In this document: positions 54,770 to 64,000 of the stretch, in pieces
Layout: each line of letters opens with the position of its first letter
How positions within the stretch are numbered: position 1 is the stretch's first letter
Assembly: GCA_020059485.1 (NCBI GenBank)
Contig: JAGVCA010000039.1
Span: 3,354 to 67,353, forward strand
Reading direction: 5' to 3'
DNA: 64,000 bases
From: Anaerolineales bacterium
GTDB lineage: Bacteria > Chloroflexota > Anaerolineae > Anaerolineales > UBA11579
The notes under the pieces: model-generated
The model's database searches: none
Seen by the model: the letters and a program-made list of their open reading frames with translations, nothing else
Told to the model about the DNA's origin: nothing
Translations under genes and position numbers: made by a program

Positions 54770-56155
54770 TTACCTGACGAGCAGCGACTCGTCGTAACCG
54801 TGGACCTTCAACTCGGCTTCGATGTTGAAGAAGGTATCGCGGACGACACCAACGACGATCAGCAAGCCGGAGGAGTTGATCAGGAAGGAACCGCCGCCGC
54901 CGATCTGAGCCAGGTCAGGCACGATCAGGGTGACGAGGAACGGCAGGACGGCAATCACGCCGAGGAACAGCGCACCAGGGAAGGTGATGCGGCGCAGCAC
55001 CCGGGTCAGGTATGCCTGGGTGGGGGCGCCGCGGCTGACGCCGGGGATCTGTGCGCCGGAGCGCTTGAGGTTTTCGCCGTAGTTCTGCTGCTGGAAGAGG
55101 ATATCCGTATAGAAGAAGGCGAAACCAACCACAAAGATGAAGTTAATGATCCAGTACAACCCGCTGGAGACGGTGATGTTGTTGGTCATCCAGTTGGCGG
55201 CAGTGACCACCCACTCGGTCTCCGAGCCTTGCATAAAGCCGGCCAGCAGGCCGGGGAATTGCAGCAGGGCGGAGGCGAAAATCAGCGGGATCATCCCGGC
55301 CATGTTGACCTGAAGCGGCAGCGTGCCTTTGACGGGCATCGACATGCGGTTGCCCATCCGGCGGCCGGGGTACATCACGGGGATGTTACGGCGGCCCTGC
55401 TGGACAAAGACGATCACAAAGATGGTCAGAATGGTGATGATCAGCAGCGCGGCGATACCGATGAAGCGGATGCTTGGATCCAGCCCAGCGCCACCCTCAA
55501 AAACGGGCTTGGGGGCATTCCAGACGGAGATGTAGGCCGAGGGCAGCTGAGCAATGATGCCGGCGAAGATCAACAGGGAAAGGCCCTGCCCGCGGATACC
55601 ATGCTCAGAGATCAACTCACCCAGCCAGATGGCGAACATCGTGCCAGCTGTCATCGAGATGATGATAGTGGCCGAGCGCAGGATGTTGGCATCGACACCA
55701 AAGCCGAAGCCGGGGATGATCTGCACACCGCCGAGGTTGGACATCACCTGGATCTGGCCGAAGGCCGTCAGAGCGCCCATCAGGATGGCCAGCCGGTAGG
55801 TGTTCTTTTCCATCCACTTGCGGCCCTCGCGGGGATCTTCTTCCATGCGGGCCTGCCAGGCAGGGATGATCGGGACCAGTAACTGGATGACGATCTGGGC
55901 AGTAATGTAAGGGTAGACACCCATGCCGAGGATGGAGAACTGTGCCAAGGTACCGCCAGAGATCAGGTTGACCATGTTCAGGAAGTTCGCGGAGGCGGAG
56001 GTACCACCCATCACGGCCGCCAGCGCATCAGTATCCACACCCGGAACACGCACCTGGGCCACAAAGCGATAGAGGACCAGCAGGGCCAGGGTGATCAACA
56101 ACTTTCTTCGGATGTCGGGAGCGGTCCAGACGTACCGCCAGCCAGTACGTTTCAT
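54770..56155 (-). CDS. secY: Preprotein translocase subunit SecY
   Basis: 461 aa, 10-TM layout, with FSILGMGVYPYITAQIVIQLL and IPGVSRGAPTQAYL. Confidence 0.96.
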   Translation of the reverse strand: MKRTGWRYVWTAPDIRRKLLITLALLVLYRFVAQVRVPGVDTDALAAVMGGTSASANFLNMVNLISGGTLAQFSILGMGVYPYITAQIVIQLLVPIIPAWQARMEEDPREGRKWMEKNTYRLAILMGALTAFGQIQVMSNLGGVQIIPGFGFGVDANILRSATIIISMTAGTMFAIWLGELISEHGIRGQGLSLLIFAGIIAQLPSAYISVWNAPKPVFEGGAGLDPSIRFIGIAALLIITILTIFVIVFVQQGRRNIPVMYPGRRMGNRMSMPVKGTLPLQVNMAGMIPLIFASALLQFPGLLAGFMQGSETEWVVTAANWMTNNITVSSGLYWIINFIFVVGFAFFYTDILFQQQNYGENLKRSGAQIPGVSRGAPTQAYLTRVLRRITFPGALFLGVIAVLPFLVTLIVPDLAQIGGGGSFLINSSGLLIVVGVVRDTFFNIEAELKVHGYDESLLVR

Positions 56156-56176
56156 TTAGTCTTCTCCTTGTGTGCG

Positions 56177-56635
56177 CTACTCAATCGCGAGGATCTCAAC
56201 ACTGCCACCTGCAGCTTCGATCTTGGCTTTGGCGCCCTTGCTGACACGGTGGACGCTGACAGAGTAGGCTTTTTTGACATCGCCGCGCCCGAGGATCACG
56301 ACCGGCCAATCCGGTTTGCGGATCAGGCGAGCTTCTTCAAGGGTCTGCGGGTTGATCTTGGCGTTGGCTTTGAAGCCGTCCAGCTGGTCGAGGTTGATCT
56401 CATTGTAGGACTGCTGGAAAGGCGGCGTAAAGCCGCGCTTGAAGGGCAAACGGCGGTAGAACGGCAGGTTGCCGCCCTGACGGTAGAGCTTGCCGCCGGC
56501 GCCAGCGCGTGCGCCATAGCCTTTGGTACCACGGCCGGCGGTCTTACCGCCTTTACCGGAGGTACCGCGGGCGACGCGGATGCGGGATTTTTTGGATCCC
56601 GGGTTGGGTTTCAGGTCGTGTAGCTTCATCGACAT
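56177..56635 (-). CDS. rplO: 50S ribosomal protein L15
   Basis: 152 aa. MKLHDLKPNPGSKKSRIRVARGTSGKGGKTAGRGTKG. Confidence 0.96.
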   Translation of the reverse strand: MSMKLHDLKPNPGSKKSRIRVARGTSGKGGKTAGRGTKGYGARAGAGGKLYRQGGNLPFYRRLPFKRGFTPPFQQSYNEINLDQLDGFKANAKINPQTLEEARLIRKPDWPVVILGRGDVKKAYSVSVHRVSKGAKAKIEAAGGSVEILAIE

Positions 56636-56640
56636 AGCCT

Positions 56641-56829
56641 TTATTCCTCGGAGACTTCCACCAGGTGGCTGATCTTGTTGATCATGCCGCGGATCACTGG
56701 TGTGTCTGCGTGTTCAACTGTCTGCTGGAGCTTTTTGAGGCCCAGCGCAGCCACGGTGGCTTTCTGTCGGACAGTGTAGCCAATCGGGCTTTTGGTCAGG
56801 GTGATCTTAAGGGTCTTTTTCTTAGCCAC
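56641..56829 (-). CDS. rpmD: 50S ribosomal protein L30
   Basis: GTG start at 56829 gives (M)[58 protein letters not shown]. It overlaps the rpsE stop by 8 nt. Confidence 0.9.
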   Translation of the reverse strand: MAKKKTLKITLTKSPIGYTVRQKATVAALGLKKLQQTVEHADTPVIRGMINKISHLVEVSEE

Positions 56830-57346
56830 GTTTGCGCTCCCAGAAGGGCAGCAGATCCTCGACCTTTTTGCCGCGCAGGCGGGCGGTGTCTTCGACTGCT
56901 TTAAGGCGGTCGAGAGCATCCATGGTCGCCTGGACGACGTTGAGGATATTGGCGCTGCCCTGTGATTTGGTCAGGATATCCTGCACCCCAAGGGTTTGCA
57001 GAACGGCGCGGACACCACCACCGGCGATCAGTCCGGTACCGGGAGAAGCCGGTTTGAGAAACACCTTGGCCCCGCCGGTCCTGCCGACAACGGCGTGCGG
57101 GATGGTGTTCTTATACAGGTTCATCCGGCGCATATCTTTGCGGGCGCGGTCGGTGGCTTTGCTGATGGCATCGGGAACGGTATTGGCTTTGCCAACACCG
57201 ACGCCAACTTTACCGGCATGGTCACCAACTACGACGGTGACACGGAAGCCGAAGCGGCGGCCGCCCTTGACCACTTTGGCGACACGGGTGATATCAACAG
57301 TGCGCTCGTCAAACTCGTTTTCTAGTTCCTTGTTAAATTCACTCAT
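56822..57346 (-). CDS. rpsE: 30S ribosomal protein S5
   Basis: 174 aa with [18 protein letters not shown]...[15 protein letters not shown]. Confidence 0.97.
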   Translation of the reverse strand: MSEFNKELENEFDERTVDITRVAKVVKGGRRFGFRVTVVVGDHAGKVGVGVGKANTVPDAISKATDRARKDMRRMNLYKNTIPHAVVGRTGGAKVFLKPASPGTGLIAGGGVRAVLQTLGVQDILTKSQGSANILNVVQATMDALDRLKAVEDTARLRGKKVEDLLPFWERKRG

Positions 57347-57360
57347 CTGTCACTCCTGCC

Positions 57361-57726
57361 TTAAAACTCGAGGCCGCCTTTGCGGGCGCCTTCGGCCAGG
57401 GCTTGCACCCGGCCAATGTATCGGAAGCCGCCCCGATCAAAGACCACCATGGTGATCCCTTTCGCTTTGGCACGGGAGGCCACGGCTTCGCCTACCAGAC
57501 GAGCCTGTTCGGTTTTTGTTTTGCCTTCCATCTGCTTGCGCAGCTCTTTATCGATGGAGGAGGCGGAGACCAGGGTGGTCCCGGCTTCGTCATCGATCAC
57601 CTGGGCATAGATGTCGCCCAGGCTGCGGAAGACTGCCAGGCGAGGCCGCTCGGGCGTGCCTGCCAGATTCTTGCGGACGCGGATGTGGCGCCGGATACGT
57701 GCTTCATTACGGTTGTTCTTAGCCAT
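57361..57726 (-). CDS. rplR: 50S ribosomal protein L18
   Basis: 121 aa with [34 protein letters not shown]...[26 protein letters not shown]. Confidence 0.97.
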   Translation of the reverse strand: MAKNNRNEARIRRHIRVRKNLAGTPERPRLAVFRSLGDIYAQVIDDEAGTTLVSASSIDKELRKQMEGKTKTEQARLVGEAVASRAKAKGITMVVFDRGGFRYIGRVQALAEGARKGGLEF

Positions 57727-57737
57727 TGTTCAAACCT

Positions 57738-58280
57738 CTACACCTTGCCGGCCTTACCAGCCTTGCGCCGAACCACCTCTCCGCGGTAGCGGATGCCTTT
57801 GCCCTTGTACGGCTCAACCGGGCGCATACTGCGGATCTCGGCGGCGGTCTGGCCAACGACCTGTTTGTTATAGCCAGAGACCACGATCACATTGTTGCGG
57901 TCCAGCACCTGGAAGGAGATCCCTTCGCGCGGCTCGACTTCGATCTCGTGTGAGTAGCCGAGGCTGAGGACCAAGGTTGTGCCTTTTAGTTCGGCCCGGT
58001 AGCCAACGCCGTGGATCTCTAGGGTTTTTTCAAATCCCTTGGTCACGCCTTCGACCATGTTATTGACAACGGCGCGGGCTGTCCCATGCATGGAGCGATG
58101 GAACTTTTCATCAGACAGGCGGTTGACAGACAGCACGCCATCTTCGAGGGTGATAGAAACCACCGGGGGGAAGGTGTGGGTCAGTTCGCCTTTGGGTCCC
58201 TTGACGCGGATGTAGCTGCCTTTGATCTCTACATCCACACCGCCCGGGACTTCGATCGGGCTGCGTCCTACTCTAGACAT
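57738..58280 (-). CDS. rplF: 50S ribosomal protein L6
   Basis: 180 aa. MSRVGRSPIEVPGGVDVEIKGSYIRVKGPKGEL...PYKGKGIRY. Confidence 0.97.
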   Translation of the reverse strand: MSRVGRSPIEVPGGVDVEIKGSYIRVKGPKGELTHTFPPVVSITLEDGVLSVNRLSDEKFHRSMHGTARAVVNNMVEGVTKGFEKTLEIHGVGYRAELKGTTLVLSLGYSHEIEVEPREGISFQVLDRNNVIVVSGYNKQVVGQTAAEIRSMRPVEPYKGKGIRYRGEVVRRKAGKAGKV

Positions 58281-58376
58281 TGTGTACTACCTCCATATTT
58301 ATCCTCTTGCAGGAGGGTATTGGCTCTGCCAATGCTGAGGCGTTTGTTGTGCAAACGCCACCGCAAGTGGCTGCCA

Positions 58377-58790
58377 CTACCAGACCTTACAGAGTATCTC
58401 GCCGCCGACACCGATCTGGCGGGCGCGCTGGCCGGTCATGACCCCTTTGGGGGTGGACAGGATGGAGATACCAAGGCCAGAGAACACCCAGGGGATGTCG
58501 GTTTTCTTGGTATACACCCTGCAGCCCGGCTTGCTGATGCGCTCCAGCCCTTCAATGACGGAGCGGCGGGTGCGGCGTTCGCCAACATACTTGAGGCGGA
58601 CGCGCAGTGTTATGATGTGGGGTTTATCACCCTCTACAACTTCAAATCCCTCGATATAACCTTCGTCCTTGAGAATCTGGGCAATCGAGACCTTGATGGT
58701 GGAAGACGGCATGGCAACCATGGCGTGTCCCGCCATGATCCCGTTCCGAATTCTGGTCAGCATATCTGAGATTGGATCAGTTACTGTCAT
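58377..58790 (-). CDS. rpsH: 30S ribosomal protein S8
   Basis: 137 aa. [17 protein letters not shown]...[28 protein letters not shown]. Confidence 0.97.
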   Translation of the reverse strand: MTVTDPISDMLTRIRNGIMAGHAMVAMPSSTIKVSIAQILKDEGYIEGFEVVEGDKPHIITLRVRLKYVGERRTRRSVIEGLERISKPGCRVYTKKTDIPWVFSGLGISILSTPKGVMTGQRARQIGVGGEILCKVW

Positions 58791-58803
58791 TTCTCACTCC
58801 CAA

Positions 58804-58986
58804 TTACCAGGACGATTTGGTGACACCCGGGATCTTGCCATCGAGAGCCAGTTCCCTGAAGCAGATTCGGCAGAGGCCAAAGCGGCGGATGAAGCCGCGC
58901 GGGCGGCCACAGCGCTGGCAGCGGTTGCGGACCCGGCCAGGGTATTTTCGTCTTGATTCACGAATAATCATTGATTTCTTTGCCAT
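58804..58986 (-). CDS. rpsZ: 30S ribosomal protein S14 type Z (zinc-binding)
   Basis: The ATG at 58986 gives [60 protein letters not shown], 60 aa with CxxC...CxxC. Confidence 0.95.
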   Translation of the reverse strand: MAKKSMIIRESRRKYPGRVRNRCQRCGRPRGFIRRFGLCRICFRELALDGKIPGVTKSSW

Positions 58987-58990
58987 AGCC

Positions 58991-59539
58991 TTATCCTTCC
59001 ATCGCAAACGGCATGCCGAGCATACGGAGCAGTTCCCGGCCGGCTTCGTCATTGTCAGCGGTGGTCACGATCGTGACCTCGAACCCGCGGATCTTATCGA
59101 TCTTGTCGTATTCGATCTCGGGGAAGATCAGCTGCTCGTGGAAGCCGAGGGTATAGTTGCCGCGGCCGTCGAACGAATCCGGGTTGACGCCGCGGAAGTC
59201 GCGCATGCGGGGCAGCGCCACGTTCATCAAACGGTCCAGAAACGACCACATGCGCTCGCCGCGCAGGGTCACTTTGGAGCCGATCGCCCGGCCTTCTCTC
59301 AGCTTGAAGTTGGCGATGTTCTTGCGCGAGATGGTGACAACCGGTTTCTGACCAGTGATCTTGGTGAGGTCTTCAACTGCGGCATCGAGCGCCTTGGCAT
59401 TTTCCAGGGCTTCTCCAAGTCCGATGTTGAGGACAACCTTCTCGACGCGCGGCACCTGCATGACGTTATCAATCTTCAGCTGCTGCTGGAGGGCCTGGAC
59501 GATCTCATTGTCGTATTTTTCTTTCAGTCGCAATGACAT
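58991..59539 (-). CDS. rplE: 50S ribosomal protein L5
   Basis: The ATG at 59539 gives [44 protein letters not shown]... Confidence 0.96.
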   Translation of the reverse strand: MSLRLKEKYDNEIVQALQQQLKIDNVMQVPRVEKVVLNIGLGEALENAKALDAAVEDLTKITGQKPVVTISRKNIANFKLREGRAIGSKVTLRGERMWSFLDRLMNVALPRMRDFRGVNPDSFDGRGNYTLGFHEQLIFPEIEYDKIDKIRGFEVTIVTTADNDEAGRELLRMLGMPFAMEG

Positions 59540-59552
59540 GTCAATCCTCCAC

Positions 59553-59894
59553 TCAGTCAATATCTTTGCCGCATGAGCGGCAAGTGCGGTACGGCAGGCC
59601 GTCGTCATCCCGGCGCAGACCGACACGAGTCGGTTCGCCGCATTTGGGGCAGACCAGCATGACATTGGAAATGTCGAAGGAGCCCTCAAATTCGATGATG
59701 CCGGGGTTCATGGTGCGCCCTTCCGCCTGGAACTGCCGCTGGTGCTTTTTGCGGATGTTGACACCCTGCACCACGATGCGGTTTTCCTTGGGGAGGACGC
59801 GGATCACCTCGCCACGCTTGCCTTTGTCGGCACGAGGGCCGGTAATCACCTGGACGGTATCGCCGCGTTTTATTTTTACTTTATTGGTCATCAT
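59553..59894 (-). CDS. rplX: 50S ribosomal protein L24 (with a C-terminal CxxC...CxxC)
   Basis: 113 aa with [27 protein letters not shown]...[16 protein letters not shown]...CRSCG. Confidence 0.96.
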   Translation of the reverse strand: MMTNKVKIKRGDTVQVITGPRADKGKRGEVIRVLPKENRIVVQGVNIRKKHQRQFQAEGRTMNPGIIEFEGSFDISNVMLVCPKCGEPTRVGLRRDDDGLPYRTCRSCGKDID

Positions 59895-59909
59895 TCACCT
59901 TCTTACCTT

Positions 59910-60281
59910 CTAGAGCACTTCAGGCGCCAGGGAGACGATCCGCATGTAGCCGAGCTCGCGCAGTTCACGGGCGACCGGGCCAAAGATGCGGGTCCCCTTG
60001 GGGTTTTTGCCGTCGTTATCCAGGATGACTGCTGCGTTGTCGTCGAAGCGGATGGTGGAGCCATCCTCGCGGCGCCATTCTTTGCTGGCGCGCACGATCA
60101 CGGCTTTGACGACGTCGCTCTTCTTGACGCTTCCCTGGGGCGTGGCCGATTTGACGGTGGCGACGATAATATCGCCCACGAAACCATAGCGGCGGACGGA
60201 CCCACCCATGACTTTGATGACAAGCAGTTCACGGGCGCCGGTATTGTCGGCCACTTTGAGTCTGGATTCCACCTGGATCAT
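59910..60281 (-). CDS. rplN: 50S ribosomal protein L14
   Basis: 123 aa. [27 protein letters not shown]... Confidence 0.98.
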   Translation of the reverse strand: MIQVESRLKVADNTGARELLVIKVMGGSVRRYGFVGDIIVATVKSATPQGSVKKSDVVKAVIVRASKEWRREDGSTIRFDDNAAVILDNDGKNPKGTRIFGPVARELRELGYMRIVSLAPEVL

Positions 60282-60283
60282 TT

Positions 60284-60553
60284 CTAGGCCTCCGGCAGGG
60301 TTTCAGCGCGCTCGTCGCGCCTGATGATCTCTTCGACCGCCCAACGCTTGAGTTTGGAGATCGGTTTGGTCTCAACGATCTGGACCTCGTCGCCAATCGC
60401 GCAGGACATTTCGTCGTGGGCCATGACACGCCGGGCGCTGGTGACCACCTTGCGATACAACGGGTGGCGGAAGCGGCGGGTGATCTCGACCACGACGGTT
60501 TTCTGCATTTTGTTGCTGACAACAAAACCAGTTAGTCTTCGGCGTGTGTTCAT
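60284..60553 (-). CDS. rpsQ: 30S ribosomal protein S17
   Basis: 89 aa with [31 protein letters not shown]...HDE...[18 protein letters not shown]. Confidence 0.96.
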   Translation of the reverse strand: MNTRRRLTGFVVSNKMQKTVVVEITRRFRHPLYRKVVTSARRVMAHDEMSCAIGDEVQIVETKPISKLKRWAVEEIIRRDERAETLPEA

Positions 60554-60765
60554 GCTTCACCTTCTTTCTGCTGTTCAGCAGCCGAACGTTCATTCAGGAT
60601 GGTGACCAGCCGGGCGATCCTGCGGCGGGTAACTTTGATCTGGGTGTGATCGGTCAGCTCGCCGGTGGTCAGCTGGAAGCGGAGGCGCATCAGCGCTTCG
60701 CGGGAACTATTCAGCTCTTCCTGGATGGCTTCAGTGGTCATCTCTCTGATCTCGTCAGCATTCAT
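60550..60765 (-). CDS. rpmC: 50S ribosomal protein L29
   Basis: 71 aa with [51 protein letters not shown]. Confidence 0.95.
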   Translation of the reverse strand: MNADEIREMTTEAIQEELNSSREALMRLRFQLTTGELTDHTQIKVTRRRIARLVTILNERSAAEQQKEGEA

Positions 60766-61190
60766 GATCCACCTCCAGCCCTTTCATAAGCGCCGACAAT
60801 CTTGGTCCGGACCGAGAGTTTGTACTTGGCACGGGTCAGGGCTTCGCGGGCGATCTCTTCGGGCATTCCGCCAACTTCAAACAGCATGCGGCCCGGTTTG
60901 ATCACAGCGGCCCAGTATTCCACAGCGCCTTTACCTTTACCCATGCGGGACTCAGCGGCACGCTGGGTGATCGGTTTGTCGGGGAAGACCCGGATCCAGA
61001 CACGGCCACGGCGGCGGGCGGCGCGCACGATGGCACGACGGGCAGCCTCAAGCTGGCGGGCGGATACCCAGCCAGGCTCAAGGGACTGAAGGCCGAATTC
61101 ACCAAACTGGACTTCATTGCCCCGCTGGGCCTTGCCTCTCATGCGACCGCGCATCTGCTTGCGGTATTTGACACGTTTTGGCATTAACAT
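60762..61190 (-). CDS. rplP: 50S ribosomal protein L16
   Basis: 142 aa. [21 protein letters not shown]...[12 protein letters not shown]. Confidence 0.98.
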   Translation of the reverse strand: MLMPKRVKYRKQMRGRMRGKAQRGNEVQFGEFGLQSLEPGWVSARQLEAARRAIVRAARRRGRVWIRVFPDKPITQRAAESRMGKGKGAVEYWAAVIKPGRMLFEVGGMPEEIAREALTRAKYKLSVRTKIVGAYERAGGGS

Positions 61191-61226
61191 AATTGCTACC
61201 TCTGCATTCGTAGTTCTACCGCCAGC

Positions 61227-61907
61227 CTACTCGCTGACGTAGACGCCTTCAGTATTGGGCTGGTCGTCTTCTTCAAGCGCCGGAAGGATCTCGCCTTTAT
61301 AGATCCAGACCTTGATGCCGATGACACTGTAGGTGGTGACGGCTTTGCCGACGGCGTAATCGATATCGGCGCGCAAGGTGTGCAGCGGGACGCGGCCTTC
61401 GCGCAGCCACACTCGGCGGGCCATATCTGAACCGCCCAAGCGGCCAGCGACTTCAATCTTTGCACCTTCGGCACCGGCCCGCATGATCTGGGAAAGCGCA
61501 CGGCGCATGGCCCGGCGGTAGCTGATGCGGCGTTCGAGCTGCTCAGCGATATTGAGGGCTACCAGATAGGCATCCAGGTCCGGATCTTTGATCTCTTTGA
61601 TCTGGAGATCGATCTTTTTGCCGACCAGGGTTTCAAGTTCCTTACGCAGGGCTTTGACATTCTCACCTTTGCGGCCGATCAGCACGCCCGGTTTGGAGGT
61701 ATGCACGAAGATGCGCACCTCGCCGGGGAAGCGTTCGATCTCGATGCGGGAGATACCGGCGCGAGGCGAGTGTTCGCGGATCAGATCGCGGACGGCAAAG
61801 TCCTGGTGGAGTTGTTCGGTATAATCTTGGCCTTCGGCGTACCAACGCCCGTCCCAGGTTTTGTTGATTCCCAGGCGAAAGCCGATCGGATTTACTTTTC
61901 GACCCAT
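61227..61907 (-). CDS. rpsC: 30S ribosomal protein S3
   Basis: 226 aa. MGRKVNPIGFRLGINKTWDGRWYA..., KH domain, ...GRLGGSDMARR. Confidence 0.98.
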   Translation of the reverse strand: MGRKVNPIGFRLGINKTWDGRWYAEGQDYTEQLHQDFAVRDLIREHSPRAGISRIEIERFPGEVRIFVHTSKPGVLIGRKGENVKALRKELETLVGKKIDLQIKEIKDPDLDAYLVALNIAEQLERRISYRRAMRRALSQIMRAGAEGAKIEVAGRLGGSDMARRVWLREGRVPLHTLRADIDYAVGKAVTTYSVIGIKVWIYKGEILPALEEDDQPNTEGVYVSE

Positions 61908-61921
61908 ATTAACTCCTCTTC

Positions 61922-62269
61922 CTAATTCTCATCTCGCTCGCGCAAGATCACAGTGACGTGCGAGTGGCGCTTGAGCAGGGGCTTGTAGCGCCCGCGTCCG
62001 CCAAACCGGCCGCGCTTGAAGGTGCGGCCTTCATCAGCGAAGATGCTGTGCACGTAGAGGTTGCCGCGGCTGATGCCGAAGTTTTCCTCAGCATTGATCA
62101 TGGCAGAGCGCACCACTTTGTAGACCGGCTTGGCCGCCCGGTTGGGGACGAACTTCAGTACGTTGAGGGCATCGACAACGTCTTTGCCGCGTACCAGGTC
62201 TACCACAAGGCGCGTCTTTTGCGCTGAGATAGGAAGTTCTTTGACGACAGCTTTGTATTCTTTGGCCAT
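61922..62269 (-). CDS. rplV: 50S ribosomal protein L22
   Basis: 115 aa with ISAQKTRLVVDLVRGKDVVDALNVLKF...FADEGRTFKR...GRGRYKPLLKRHSHVTV. Confidence 0.97.
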   Translation of the reverse strand: MAKEYKAVVKELPISAQKTRLVVDLVRGKDVVDALNVLKFVPNRAAKPVYKVVRSAMINAEENFGISRGNLYVHSIFADEGRTFKRGRFGGRGRYKPLLKRHSHVTVILRERDEN

Positions 62270-62278
62270 GTCAGACTC

Positions 62279-62551
62279 CTATTTCCGCTTCTTTTCCTGG
62301 ACATGGCCGCGGAAGGTGCGGGTGGGGGCAAACTCGCCTAGGCGATGCCCGACCATGTTTTCGGTCACGTAGATCGGCACGTGTCGGCGTCCGTCGTGGA
62401 CGGCGATGGTGTGGCCGACCATCTGGGGGAAGATGGTACTGGCCCGGCTCCAGGTGCGGATCACTTTCTTTTCATTCTTTTCGTTCATCTGCTCGATCCG
62501 CTGCATGAGCTTGGGATCGATAAATGGTCCTTTTTTCAGTGAGCGTCCCAT
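62279..62551 (-). CDS. rpsS: 30S ribosomal protein S19
   Basis: 90 aa. [15 protein letters not shown]...[36 protein letters not shown]. Confidence 0.98.
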   Translation of the reverse strand: MGRSLKKGPFIDPKLMQRIEQMNEKNEKKVIRTWSRASTIFPQMVGHTIAVHDGRRHVPIYVTENMVGHRLGEFAPTRTFRGHVQEKKRK

Positions 62552-62567
62552 AATTCAAACTCCAATC

Positions 62568-63403
<836 letters not shown>

Positions 63404-63404
<1 letters not shown>

Positions 63405-63709
63405 TAGTAAACCCCTTCAAAAATGTCGATGGAGTCACCGGGGGCAAGGGTGACAACCGCTTTTTTGTACATTTTGCGACGGTTGACGGTGCGGCGGCTC
63501 ATCCCTGAAGTTTTCTTCTTGGATGGGACGACGCTGACATTCACCCGGGTGACTTCCACTTTGAAAATGACTTCAACAGCTTCTTTGATCATCGGCTTGG
63601 TGGCGTAGTCGGCTACCTCAAAAACAACCTGGTTGTTTTTGCCGTTTTGGAAATTGGATTTCTCCGTGATGATCGGCCGCCGGAGCACTTCGTAGAGATT
63701 GTTTTTCAT
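63404..63709 (-). CDS. rplW: 50S ribosomal protein L23
   Basis: 101 aa with [10 protein letters not shown]...[30 protein letters not shown]. Confidence 0.96.
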
Positions 63710-63729
63710 AATTTACCTCTCTCTCGCGC

Positions 63730-64000
63730 CTACTTTCCGAGATGACCGGAAATGACGTCGATTGCGGCGGTGGGCATGATGATCTTGTCGTAGCCAAGCA
63801 GGTCGCGCACGTTGATGTAGCTGGCGAGAAGGGTTTTGGCATACGGCAGGTTGCGGGCGGAGCGTTCCACCAGGGCTTCATCCGCGCCTTTCTGCGGGAT
63901 GAGGATCAGGGCGGAGGACTCGCCAACCAGTTTCTGAAGCGCGGCGTGCATCTCTTTGGTCTTGGGCTCTGCAATCTTGAGCAGATCGACGACCACGATA
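63730..64000 (-). CDS. rplD: 50S ribosomal protein L4 (C-terminal part; the 5' end lies beyond the window edge)
   Basis: The reading frame is open to the window end. ...KTKEMHAALQKLVGESSALILIPQKGADEALVERSARNLPYAKTLLASYINVRDLLGYDKIIMP, plus its position upstream of rplW. Confidence 0.9.
   Translation of the reverse strand, partial: IVVVDLLKIAEPKTKEMHAALQKLVGESSALILIPQKGADEALVERSARNLPYAKTLLASYINVRDLLGYDKIIMPTAAIDVISGHLGK

Noticed and set aside
54632-55882. 416-aa plus-strand ORF
   Set aside because: It is antisense to secY with a D/E/Q/G/H-rich nonsense composition. secY is unambiguous.
59553-59894. L24 with a four-Cys C-terminal extension as a novelty
   Set aside because: The same CPxCG...CxxCG arrangement is known in L24 of Thermus-type bacteria. 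Together with the zinc forms of S14 and L36 it only indicates zinc-type ribosomal proteins.

Overview
This is a 64-kb stretch of a moderately GC-rich bacterial chromosome. Gene content and ribosomal-protein features suggest a Chloroflexota/Anaerolineae-like or other Terrabacteria lineage, but I cannot confirm that without a database search. It is mostly core genome. Coordinates 48.5-64 kb hold the contiguous S10-spc-alpha ribosomal superoperon plus truA-rplM-rpsI, all on the minus strand (rplD partial at the window edge, through secY, adk, map, rpoA and rplQ to rpsI). The remaining 48 kb carries housekeeping and metabolic genes: dcd, a fused formimidoyltransferase-cyclodeaminase, maeB, recA-recX-rny, MazG/YabN, a rhomboid protease, a TatA/B-like protein, OsmC, a PDO-like thioredoxin-fold protein, and M20, PfkB and DinB family members. 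I recognised no rRNA, tRNA, CRISPR array, transposase, integrase or obvious defence system. The less ordinary parts are listed here. (1) A roughly 7.2-kb same-strand cluster mixes a galactitol-type PTS and a class II aldolase with a URO-D/MtaA-like protein, a NifS-type PLP enzyme, a SorC regulator and a corrinoid-binding protein. It is preceded by two near-identical palindromic operator-like sites. (2) Three tandem paralogous secreted LysM / unknown-domain / M23 (LasA-like) proteins. (3) A roughly 600-bp AT-rich island flanked by an imperfect inverted repeat built from 10-nt-periodic CACAGAT units. More copies of that repeat lie nearby and at about 5.05 kb. (4) A polytopic membrane protein gene abutting a Tat-signal sulfatase-fold protein that has Thr where the formylglycine Cys/Ser should be. 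Starts were refined by hand where the ORF track over-extends. All functional calls rest on motif and family recognition by eye.
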